Source: Bacteroidota bacterium (lineage in GTDB: Bacteria; Bacteroidota; Ignavibacteria; Kapaibacteriales; UBA961). From it: a stretch of 64,000 bases of DNA. Both the position numbers and the translations under genes were made by a program. The stretch covers positions 2,415,814 to 2,479,813 of the forward strand of contig OZ123195.1 in the NCBI GenBank assembly GCA_964204605.1, in the 5' to 3' direction. The notes under the pieces were generated by a model. It did not search any database and was not told the DNA's origin. It worked only from the letters and a program-made list of their open reading frames with translations. This document shows, piece after piece, positions 13,089 to 21,032 of the stretch; position 1 is the first letter of the stretch; each line of letters starts with the position of its first letter.

Positions 13089-13460
13089 CTAAATATTTTG
13101 GTTAAAAATCAATATATATTGTTTCATGATTAAGATACATGCACTTATTAAAAATGTCCAAGTAATTAACCATGAAATATGTTTACCATGTGTATTCTTT
13201 TTTAACCACAAAACTTCAAATTTTTGTACATCTTCGATAATATCTGATGATTGTATGTCTATTACATCTTTGTGTAATAAGCTTGCTTTTTGTGACAGCA
13301 AAGTGAGCCTGTCTAATTGTCTTTTATAATCTAAGTCCCCATAAAGTAAGCAGTAAAACATAAATCTGATATTGTTGAAGTTTAAATAATTCATGAGTTT
13401 TTTGATGTATAATAGATTCGGGTACATACAATAAAAACCATGAGCAACCAGCGATTGCAA
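13089..13460 (-). CDS. Hypothetical small protein (doubtful) in an AT-rich gap
   Basis: The ORF has no recognisable domain and a C-terminal hydrophobic stretch. It overlaps the 13324..13575 ORF in another frame, so this may be a degraded or frameshifted gene, or noise. Confidence 0.2.
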   Translation of the reverse strand: MQSLVAHGFYCMYPNLLYIKKLMNYLNFNNIRFMFYCLLYGDLDYKRQLDRLTLLSQKASLLHKDVIDIQSSDIIEDVQKFEVLWLKKNTHGKHISWLITWTFLISACILIMKQYILIFNQNI

Positions 13461-13575
13461 ATAATACTGATGTTATACGCTTTAATACATAACGTTCTTT
13501 ATGATATAATGCTTCTATGGATGGAGATTCAAGAATCTGATATTTCATTGTGAGTCTACTGTATAAAAATAGCAA
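13324..13575 (-). CDS. Hypothetical small protein (doubtful), possible frameshifted partner of 13089..13460
   Basis: The ORF contains one hydrophobic helix-like segment (VLFAIAGCSWFLLYV) and has AT-rich codon usage. I saw no homology. Confidence 0.2.
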   Translation of the reverse strand: MLFLYSRLTMKYQILESPSIEALYHKERYVLKRITSVLFAIAGCSWFLLYVPESIIHQKTHELFKLQQYQIYVLLLTLWGLRL

Positions 13576-13732
13576 GCTATTTCTGCTTGAATTATTGTAA
13601 AAATAGGGACTTATTATCTGATTAGTATATACTTTATTCTTTTTTTCTCTACGTTTTAACTATAACTATGATTATCTGCACATTGTTTCAAGTATTTTTG
13701 CACATAACACTATTACTTTCCACAAGAGAACA

Positions 13733-14287
13733 ATGCAAACATTCTATCTAGGTTCTTCTTTAGCAACCATTTTACCCTATAAAAATATATATCCAATAAT
13801 TGATTCATCAGTGTTGATATGTGATGGAGCAAGAATTATTGGAGATATTGTCATACAAGAGAATTCTTCTATTTGGTATAATGCAATTCTTAGGGGTGAT
13901 GTATATCCAATTAGGATTGGCAAAAGAACAAATATTCAGGACGGTGCAATTTTACATGTAACTACAGATACATATGCCTTAACAATTGGTGATGATGTTA
14001 CAATAGGGCATGGGGCAATAGTACATGGAGCCACAATTGGAAATAGATGTTTGATAGGAATGGGAGCAATTATATTAGATGGAGCAATTATTGAAGATGA
14101 TACCATCATAGCAGCTGGAACTGTTATTAGGCCTGGAATGCATATACCAAGCGGTATAATGTGTGCTGGAATACCAGGAAAAAAAATGAGAGATATTACC
14201 GATAAAGAAAGACAAGGCTTTACAGAGCAAGCAGCTCATTATATAGAAGTGGCAAAAGACTATAAACAAGTATATGGACAGATATAG
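13733..14287 (+). CDS. Gamma-carbonic anhydrase family / hexapeptide-repeat protein (PaaY/CaiE/YrdA-like)
   Basis: Left-handed beta-helix hexapeptide repeats (IGDDVTIGHGAIVHGATIGNRCLIGMGAIILDGAII) and the conserved WYNAILRGDVYPIRIG segment. Confidence 0.8.
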   Translation: MQTFYLGSSLATILPYKNIYPIIDSSVLICDGARIIGDIVIQENSSIWYNAILRGDVYPIRIGKRTNIQDGAILHVTTDTYALTIGDDVTIGHGAIVHGATIGNRCLIGMGAIILDGAIIEDDTIIAAGTVIRPGMHIPSGIMCAGIPGKKMRDITDKERQGFTEQAAHYIEVAKDYKQVYGQI

Positions 14288-14296
14288 TGTGTAGAA

Positions 14297-15322
14297 TTAT
14301 CGAATTGGTTCTACAAAACCGATTTTTTTATATACTTTTCTTAGTGTCTTAAAAGCTTGTTTACTTGCCTTTTGTGCTCCACTTTTTAAGAGAGCAGATA
14401 TTTCATCTGGATGAGATCTTAAATCATTAAATGTATTTCTGATTGGCGAGATTAATTCAACCATAGCCTTTCCAACTGCCTCTTTAAATGGTTCATACCC
14501 TAAACCTGCAAATTCAGCTTCGATATCTTTAATTGATTTGCCAGTAGCAACATGATATAATGTGATAAGATTTGAGACACCTGGTCTATTTTCTAAATCA
14601 AATACAATATCAGTACCCGAATCGGTAACTGCTCTTTTGATTTTATTCATGATAATTGCGTCTTCATCATGAAGAAAAATACAAGAATTGGAATTTGGAT
14701 CTGATTTAGACATTTTTTTCCATGGTTCTTGTAAGCTCATAATGCGTGCGCCTTCTTTGGCTATAAAGGGTTCTGGGACAGTAAATGTGGGAGAATACAA
14801 ATGATTAAAACGTTCGGCAAGATTTCTAGTTAATTCAATATGTTGTTTTTGGTCATCTCCAACAGGAACTAAATCTGCTTGATACAAAAGGATATCTGCT
14901 GCCATTAAAACAGGATATGAAAATAATCCAACATTGATATTATCGCTGTGTTGTTGTGATTTATCCTTGAATTGCGTCATTCTTTGAGCTTCGCCAAAAC
15001 CAGTGAAACAATTTAATATCCAAGCTAATTGTGCATGCTCTGTAACATGTGATTGAATAAATAATGCGCTTTTTTCAGTATTTATGCCACATGCAACATA
15101 CATTGCAACTACATCTAAAGAACGTCTTCGTAAATCTGCGGGAATTTGACGTGATGTTATAGCATGCATATCAGCAACCATAAAATAACAATCATAATCT
15201 TGTTGTAATTCTACCCAATTGCGTATTGCCCCAGCATAATGGCCAATTGTTAAATCTCCACTAGCTTGAATACCGCTTAAAATGATTTTCTTATTCTCAG
15301 TTTCTGTTATTTCTGGTTGCAT
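14297..15322 (-). CDS. trpS: Tryptophan--tRNA ligase
   Basis: Class I HIGH-like motif (TIGHYAGAI) and KMSKS (KMSKSD), in a 341 aa protein with a TrpS-typical N-terminus (SGIQASGDLTIGHY). Confidence 0.95.
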   Translation of the reverse strand: MQPEITETENKKIILSGIQASGDLTIGHYAGAIRNWVELQQDYDCYFMVADMHAITSRQIPADLRRRSLDVVAMYVACGINTEKSALFIQSHVTEHAQLAWILNCFTGFGEAQRMTQFKDKSQQHSDNINVGLFSYPVLMAADILLYQADLVPVGDDQKQHIELTRNLAERFNHLYSPTFTVPEPFIAKEGARIMSLQEPWKKMSKSDPNSNSCIFLHDEDAIIMNKIKRAVTDSGTDIVFDLENRPGVSNLITLYHVATGKSIKDIEAEFAGLGYEPFKEAVGKAMVELISPIRNTFNDLRSHPDEISALLKSGAQKASKQAFKTLRKVYKKIGFVEPIR

Positions 15323-15465
15323 GGTATCGCTTTTACTTAAAATGATATAGCAAATATATGGTTTAGAAAGTATTTTTTTTAAGATCTCTTAGTTAAAGAC
15401 AAAATGGAATGATAGTTGTAGGCTTTATAGCAGTTATTATGTACATAAATGAGTAGGATAAACGT

Positions 15466-16608
15466 TTGAATCAAGGTCCGATTAGTTCTTATTGGGAAAA
15501 AAGTGCTCTTTCCCAAACCGATATATGTATTATCGGAGCAGGTATTATTGGATTATCTACTGCTATTTCTGCAGCATTAGCTTTTCCTGATAAACGTATT
15601 GTAGTATTAGAGCGTGGCCCTAGAACAATGGGCGCAACTACTAGAAATGCAGGTTTTGCTTGCTTTGGCAGTGCCTCTGAATTATTGCATGATATGGAGG
15701 TTTTAGGTGAAGATAAAGCCTTAGCAATAGCCCAACAAAGAATAAAAGGTCTTCATATTTTAAGAAATCGATTTTCTGATGATCATATAAAATATGAAAT
15801 GCATGGCGGTTATGAAATTATCAGAGAGAAAGAAATACATGTGCTTGATTCTCTTGATAGTTTGAATAAACAGATGAGTCAGATAACAGGTATAGAGTCA
15901 ACATATACGGTTCTTAATCGTAGAGAGCACAGACGCTTGGGATTTGGACAATCCGTACAAGCGGTAATTTATAATCCATTAGAAGGGCAAATTCATAGTG
16001 GGTATTTGATTCAAGCTATGGAATCAAAAGCTCAATCTTTAGGAATAAGAATAGAATATGGTAGTAATGTTCTTGATATAAAGGAAAATCAGAAAGTTTT
16101 GGATATAACTATTCAGACATTATTAGGCAAATATTCAATGATTTCTAAAGAAACAATTGTATGTACAAATGCTTGGATCTCTGCACTAGTACCTCAGATT
16201 GATATCAAACCTGGTAGGGGACAAATCATCGTAACTTCGCCAATAGAAAATTTGTCATTTACAGGTGCTTTTCATGCAGATGAAGGCTATTATTATTTTA
16301 GAAATGTTGGAAAAAGAGTGCTACTTGGTGGTGGTAGAAATCTTGATTTTGAAGGCGAATCGACTCATGAATTTGCATCCACAGAAATCATACAACATGC
16401 ATTATTGAAGATGTTGCAGGAGGATATACTGCCTGGAAAATCATTCAAAATAGAATATAATTGGTCGGGCATTATGGGCTTTAGTAAAGATAAACAGTCT
16501 ATTGTACAAAGAGTATCTCCTCATTGTATCATTGCATTTGGATGTAATGGAATGGGTATTGCTTTAGGTAGTTTAATAGGTGAACAAGTAATTGAATTAT
16601 TATCGTAA
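15466..16608 (+). CDS. FAD-dependent oxidoreductase (DAO/glycine-oxidase-like family)
   Basis: N-terminal dinucleotide-binding motif ICIIGAGIIGLSTA, DAO-family length, and a TTG start. Confidence 0.75.
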   Translation: MNQGPISSYWEKSALSQTDICIIGAGIIGLSTAISAALAFPDKRIVVLERGPRTMGATTRNAGFACFGSASELLHDMEVLGEDKALAIAQQRIKGLHILRNRFSDDHIKYEMHGGYEIIREKEIHVLDSLDSLNKQMSQITGIESTYTVLNRREHRRLGFGQSVQAVIYNPLEGQIHSGYLIQAMESKAQSLGIRIEYGSNVLDIKENQKVLDITIQTLLGKYSMISKETIVCTNAWISALVPQIDIKPGRGQIIVTSPIENLSFTGAFHADEGYYYFRNVGKRVLLGGGRNLDFEGESTHEFASTEIIQHALLKMLQEDILPGKSFKIEYNWSGIMGFSKDKQSIVQRVSPHCIIAFGCNGMGIALGSLIGEQVIELLS

Positions 16609-16614
16609 TGCACT

Positions 16615-17541
16615 ATGATATATAATGTTTTTACTAGTTTTTTTGTGTTTATAGTGCTTGGATATCTATGGCGTTATATTAAAGGCGTTCCAGATTCCCA
16701 TATGCTAAGGGCTTCGATTAATAGCTTAGTTCTCTATATATTATTGCCTTTGCTTACATTTTCGGTAATATATGCTGCCCCTTTACATAATGAATCATGG
16801 AAAATACCTTTTATTGCAGTTCTTGTAACATTGGGATGTATTGGGTTTTCTGTAAGTATCTATGTACTGATAAAAAAAATATGGCCAGATTTGTTATCAG
16901 ATAAGTCAATTGGCGCTTTAGTTCTAGGAGCTTCTTGGTGTAATGCTACATATCTTGGTTATCCGATAGTAACAGGAATACTTGGTAAGCAATATGGATC
17001 AATTCCATTGATTTATGATTTACTAGCATTAACACCTTTATTATGGATTATTGGTGCAATGATTGCTGGGTATTATTCAGATGATACAAGCAGTTTCAAG
17101 AAAAGATATATTTCTGGAATAAAAAGAATACTAGGATTGCCTCCATTATATGCACTTTTAGCAGCTATTCTTTGTAAAGTATTGGATATTGACATTCATC
17201 CAAATATATTGAAAACATGTTCAATAGCAGGTAATGCAGTTCCACCATTAATGATGATATCTGTTGGTATGGCATTGAATATCCCAAAGCTGAATTCGAT
17301 AGTATTAATACTTCCTGCTGCTATAATTCGATTAGCAGTTGGCCCATTGATTGCATATGGACTTATCCATGTTTTGCATATTCAGGAACCATTATCAAAA
17401 GCCATAATGTTGGAATCTGGTATGCCTACAATGGTATTAACATTGGTAATAGCCCAAGAATATACATTAGACACAAATATTTTGGCACAATTAATAGCCT
17501 TATCTACATTGTTATCAATATTTTCATTGTCATTAATATAG
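16615..17541 (+). CDS. Auxin-efflux-carrier (AEC) family transporter
   Basis: 308 aa with about 10 predicted TM helices. It shows an AEC-type N-terminus and the internal-repeat topology of that family. Confidence 0.7.
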   Translation: MIYNVFTSFFVFIVLGYLWRYIKGVPDSHMLRASINSLVLYILLPLLTFSVIYAAPLHNESWKIPFIAVLVTLGCIGFSVSIYVLIKKIWPDLLSDKSIGALVLGASWCNATYLGYPIVTGILGKQYGSIPLIYDLLALTPLLWIIGAMIAGYYSDDTSSFKKRYISGIKRILGLPPLYALLAAILCKVLDIDIHPNILKTCSIAGNAVPPLMMISVGMALNIPKLNSIVLILPAAIIRLAVGPLIAYGLIHVLHIQEPLSKAIMLESGMPTMVLTLVIAQEYTLDTNILAQLIALSTLLSIFSLSLI

Positions 17542-17572
17542 TTGGTTTTTTTTAGATACTTTTCATTGCTTC

Positions 17573-19234
17573 ATGCGAAAATCACTTATCATATTATCGA
17601 TTATACTAATTATTGGTTTAATTGGACTTGCTTCTTTTAAAACTCCAGACCAATCGATGTTCTTAAAAATATCGCAAGCTTTGGAGTTATATGGTTCGGT
17701 TTTTAAAGAAGTTACATTACACTATGTAGATGAAATAGACCCTCTGCGCATTGTTAAGAATAGCACAAAAGCAATATTAGAAGATTTAGATCCATATTCT
17801 GAAGTTTTAGAAAATAATGAAGGCGATGATTATGAATTATTAACTACAAATTCCTATGCAGGCTTTGGAATGGTAGTTGGTATCATGAATGGAAAATTAA
17901 CGATAGCTGAATTATATGATGGTTATTCCGCCAAAAGAAGCGGCATGAGGTCTGGGGATCATATTCTTATGATAGACTCATTGCATGTTCTTTATGATAC
18001 TACAAATATCATAAGAAAATTTACACGAGGTCCAATTGGCGGAAAAGTAAGAATTGCTTTATTAAGGGATGGCCGGCAAGATACAATACGATTAACTTTA
18101 GTAAGAGAATCAATAAAAATTCAATCTTTGGGGTATTCTGGCTTTATTAACGATAGTATTGGATATATACATATTCAAAGATTTTCAACTTCGACACCCG
18201 ATGAAGTAAAAAGAACTGTGATGTCCTTTAGAAGAAAAAATCCTCGATTAGCAGGAATCATTATAGATGTAAGAGATAATCCAGGTGGCTTATTAGAATC
18301 AGCAGTAGGTGTTTGTGATATATTCTTACCGCAAAATTCTCCGATAGTTCTCACTAAAGGAAGAACCAGAGATGATGAAAGAGTATACACATCCCAATCA
18401 GTACCAATTGAACCAGAAATTCCAGTTTCTATCATAATTAATGGTGAAAGTGCAAGTGCCAGTGAAGTTTTAGCAGGAGCTTTTCAGGATTTAGATAGAG
18501 GCATAATTATAGGTGAACAGTCTTATGGTAAAGGTTTAGTACAAAGTATTCTTAATCTTCCGGGCGAAACAGCCTTAAAATTAACAACTGCTAGATATTA
18601 TACTCCATCAGGAAGATGTATACAAAAATTGGTATCTAAAAGTGAAATATCTGATAGTGTTACAGCAGAAAAAGATGCAGTCTTTTATACTAAGTCTGGG
18701 CGTATCGTGAAGGCTAGACATGGTATTGCACCTGATACAAATGTAATTTCTCATAATTCTCACCCTATAATAAAAGCTTTAGATAAACAGAATGTATTTT
18801 TTAGATTTGCTTCTTTATATTGTTCTTCTTTAGATAGTTTGCCAGCTAATTGGCAAGCCAAAGAAATTGACTTTGCAAAATTTATAAAGTGGTTAAGTAA
18901 TCAATCAACAATTATTTTTCCAGAGCCATATGCTTCGCTGAATACATCTATATTTCTAGCTCAACAAAATGGTTATTCAAAACAATATGTTAAGTCAATA
19001 GAAAATATCAAGACTTTTGCCGCAAAGGATATTAAAAAGTCTTTACTAAAAGGTAAAAAAGAAGTGCTTGAATTATTATCAGAACAAATTCTGAGTAGAT
19101 TTCTTTCTGAAAAAAAAATGGGTGAATTTAAAGTGGAAAAAGATGCATTATTAAAAAAGACAGCACTTCTTTTAAGTTCCGAACATTATAAACAGTTGCT
19201 TCATTCCAAAACAGTTATACATGGTTCCCATTAA
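17573..19234 (+). CDS. S41 family C-terminal processing peptidase (Ctp/Prc-like) with PDZ domain
   Basis: Signal/TM N-terminus and a PDZ region. S41 catalytic core: DVRDNPGGLLESAV ... INGESASASEVLAGAFQD ... GEQSYGKGLVQ (Ser/Lys dyad context). Confidence 0.85.
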   Translation: MRKSLIILSIILIIGLIGLASFKTPDQSMFLKISQALELYGSVFKEVTLHYVDEIDPLRIVKNSTKAILEDLDPYSEVLENNEGDDYELLTTNSYAGFGMVVGIMNGKLTIAELYDGYSAKRSGMRSGDHILMIDSLHVLYDTTNIIRKFTRGPIGGKVRIALLRDGRQDTIRLTLVRESIKIQSLGYSGFINDSIGYIHIQRFSTSTPDEVKRTVMSFRRKNPRLAGIIIDVRDNPGGLLESAVGVCDIFLPQNSPIVLTKGRTRDDERVYTSQSVPIEPEIPVSIIINGESASASEVLAGAFQDLDRGIIIGEQSYGKGLVQSILNLPGETALKLTTARYYTPSGRCIQKLVSKSEISDSVTAEKDAVFYTKSGRIVKARHGIAPDTNVISHNSHPIIKALDKQNVFFRFASLYCSSLDSLPANWQAKEIDFAKFIKWLSNQSTIIFPEPYASLNTSIFLAQQNGYSKQYVKSIENIKTFAAKDIKKSLLKGKKEVLELLSEQILSRFLSEKKMGEFKVEKDALLKKTALLLSSEHYKQLLHSKTVIHGSH

Positions 19235-19343
19235 TATACATATGCAATTAATGTATATAATACATATTATAGTTGTGTGAATTGTTTTTGGCAAGAAGTT
19301 TGCTGTTTATTATAAAGTTGTACAATGAACTAGAGATATATTT

Positions 19344-20948
19344 ATGAACAAGTGGATTATTAGACTACTTGGATGCTTTTTATTTAGCATATTTTCTCTT
19401 CAAATATCTAAAGCACAGTTTATTCCTGACAGATTTACTAATCGCAGGATGAACTTGATGAACGATGCTACTTCTGTAGGATGGAATCCAGCTTTATTAG
19501 GATTAGTTAACAGAACAGATGCTGTTTTGGTAATTCCTTATGACCGCTCATTTCAATCAACAAGAATGATTGGTGGTTTTATTTCTAGCGATGGAGTTTC
19601 TGTTGGTTTTACTTCCGGTAGAGATTCTACTATTGACCAACCTTCTGAGCCATTTAGCTTTTATGGCGGAATGGGAGTTAAAATTCCTAAATATAATGGG
19701 TGGATTGGGGCATCATTTAGATACTCAGAGTTTGGTGGTAGAACAGTTAGGTATATGGGGTCATTGATGTATAATCCCATTCCAAAGTTTTACTTGTCTC
19801 TAGGCATTACTAATATGTATTCTGTTGATACAAAAAATCATGTGTATTCTTTAACAAGTTCTTATTCTCCATTAGATTGGATTACTCTTCATGGAAGATT
19901 GCAGTTCTGTCCAGATTCTGCGATTCTATATAATAAAGCTTATGCAAGTGAATTAGGAATAAGCACTTCGTTTAATAATAAACAAATAGTTGCATCATTT
20001 TCTACAATTCCAGAAGCAAGGCAGGCAAGATTTGGACTTGAGATCGCATTCGATGTGCTATCTCTAGGATCATTAAATGAAGCTTCTACTGTTAATTCAC
20101 CAGATAGACGTTTTTCAGGTGGTAATGTTCTTTTGCGGATAAATCATGATTCTTTGTGGTCTGTAAATCATTATAGAGAACCTACCCCACCAATACCTGC
20201 ATGTAAAATTGATAAATCATGCTGTGAAATGAATGTTCATGATATTCATCACTGTATTAAAAATCCTTGTGAGAATTGTCCAAAACTTAAAAGTTCTTGT
20301 TTGGCAGGACGCCCTGCTTGTTGTCAATCTGTAAAGCATTGTCAACATTGTATATGTTTATGTTGTCCTGGTTGTTCTTCTTGTTCAGGATGCTCTTGTT
20401 CTCCATCTCAAATTATTATCAATAATGGTAGTGGCAATGGAAATGGATCAGGTGGATCTGGCGGTGGTGGTGCAAGCGGTTCAGGTAAATCTACACCTGC
20501 ACCTGCGCCAAGTAAACCAGCTGAACCTTCGGAAGAGCCTGCTCCAATACCAGAAGAACCTTCTGAACCACCATTCCCAGAGGTATCAGATAAGCAAAGT
20601 TCTTCTAAACTATTTTCATTGAAATCTGTATTTTTTGATTCAGCAAAATGGGATTTACGTCCAGAAAGTACCGAAGAATTAACCAGACTGTATGAGTATT
20701 TAGAAGAAAATCCAGATTTATCGATACAGATAAATGCCCATACTGATAATGTTGGATCTAATAAAGCAAATCAAAAATTATCACAACAAAGATCACAGTC
20801 TGTAGTGGAGTTTTTGATAGAAATGGGTATTGATTCATCTCGATTAGAAGCAAAAGGATTTGGAGAAGAATATCCAATTGCACCAAATGATTCTGATGAA
20901 GGAAGACAAGAAAATAGGCGGGTAGAATTTATGACAAAAAATATTTGA
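19344..20948 (+). CDS. Modular OmpA-family outer-membrane protein with a Cys/His-rich metallothionein-like cluster
   Basis: Signal peptide, then a ~250 aa N-domain with alternating beta-strand-like patterns and an NDAxxVxWNPALLG motif. This is followed by a ~70 aa cluster with ~25 Cys plus His, a G/S and Pro-rich linker, and a C-terminal OmpA-like peptidoglycan-binding domain (NAHTDNVGS...NRRVEF). Confidence 0.8.
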   Translation: MNKWIIRLLGCFLFSIFSLQISKAQFIPDRFTNRRMNLMNDATSVGWNPALLGLVNRTDAVLVIPYDRSFQSTRMIGGFISSDGVSVGFTSGRDSTIDQPSEPFSFYGGMGVKIPKYNGWIGASFRYSEFGGRTVRYMGSLMYNPIPKFYLSLGITNMYSVDTKNHVYSLTSSYSPLDWITLHGRLQFCPDSAILYNKAYASELGISTSFNNKQIVASFSTIPEARQARFGLEIAFDVLSLGSLNEASTVNSPDRRFSGGNVLLRINHDSLWSVNHYREPTPPIPACKIDKSCCEMNVHDIHHCIKNPCENCPKLKSSCLAGRPACCQSVKHCQHCICLCCPGCSSCSGCSCSPSQIIINNGSGNGNGSGGSGGGGASGSGKSTPAPAPSKPAEPSEEPAPIPEEPSEPPFPEVSDKQSSSKLFSLKSVFFDSAKWDLRPESTEELTRLYEYLEENPDLSIQINAHTDNVGSNKANQKLSQQRSQSVVEFLIEMGIDSSRLEAKGFGEEYPIAPNDSDEGRQENRRVEFMTKNI

Positions 20949-21032
20949 TAGATCGAAAAATAATAACAATGTATCTATTTATTGTACTTTCTTAATTTAG
21001 GGAAAAGTAAGTATAAATAAAGTGGATGACTG

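Noticed and set aside
13126-13329. 67 aa plus-strand ORF in the AT-rich gap
   Set aside because: There is no homology and it is antisense to the minus-strand small ORFs. I kept only the minus-strand candidates, at low confidence.
14075-14269. 64 aa antisense ORF in the gamma-carbonic-anhydrase gene
   Set aside because: It is nested antisense to a CDS with clear hexapeptide repeats.
18175-18435. 86 aa antisense ORF within the S41 peptidase gene
   Set aside because: It is nested antisense to a well-supported gene.
19570-20622. Small plus-strand ORFs 19570..19767 and 20425..20622 inside the first OmpA-family gene; possible CRISPR-like repetitiveness at 20425-20470
   Set aside because: Both are alternative frames of a supported CDS. 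The GGT/GGA/AGC repetitiveness is a coding Gly/Ser low-complexity linker, not spacer-repeat architecture. No CRISPR array is present anywhere in the window.
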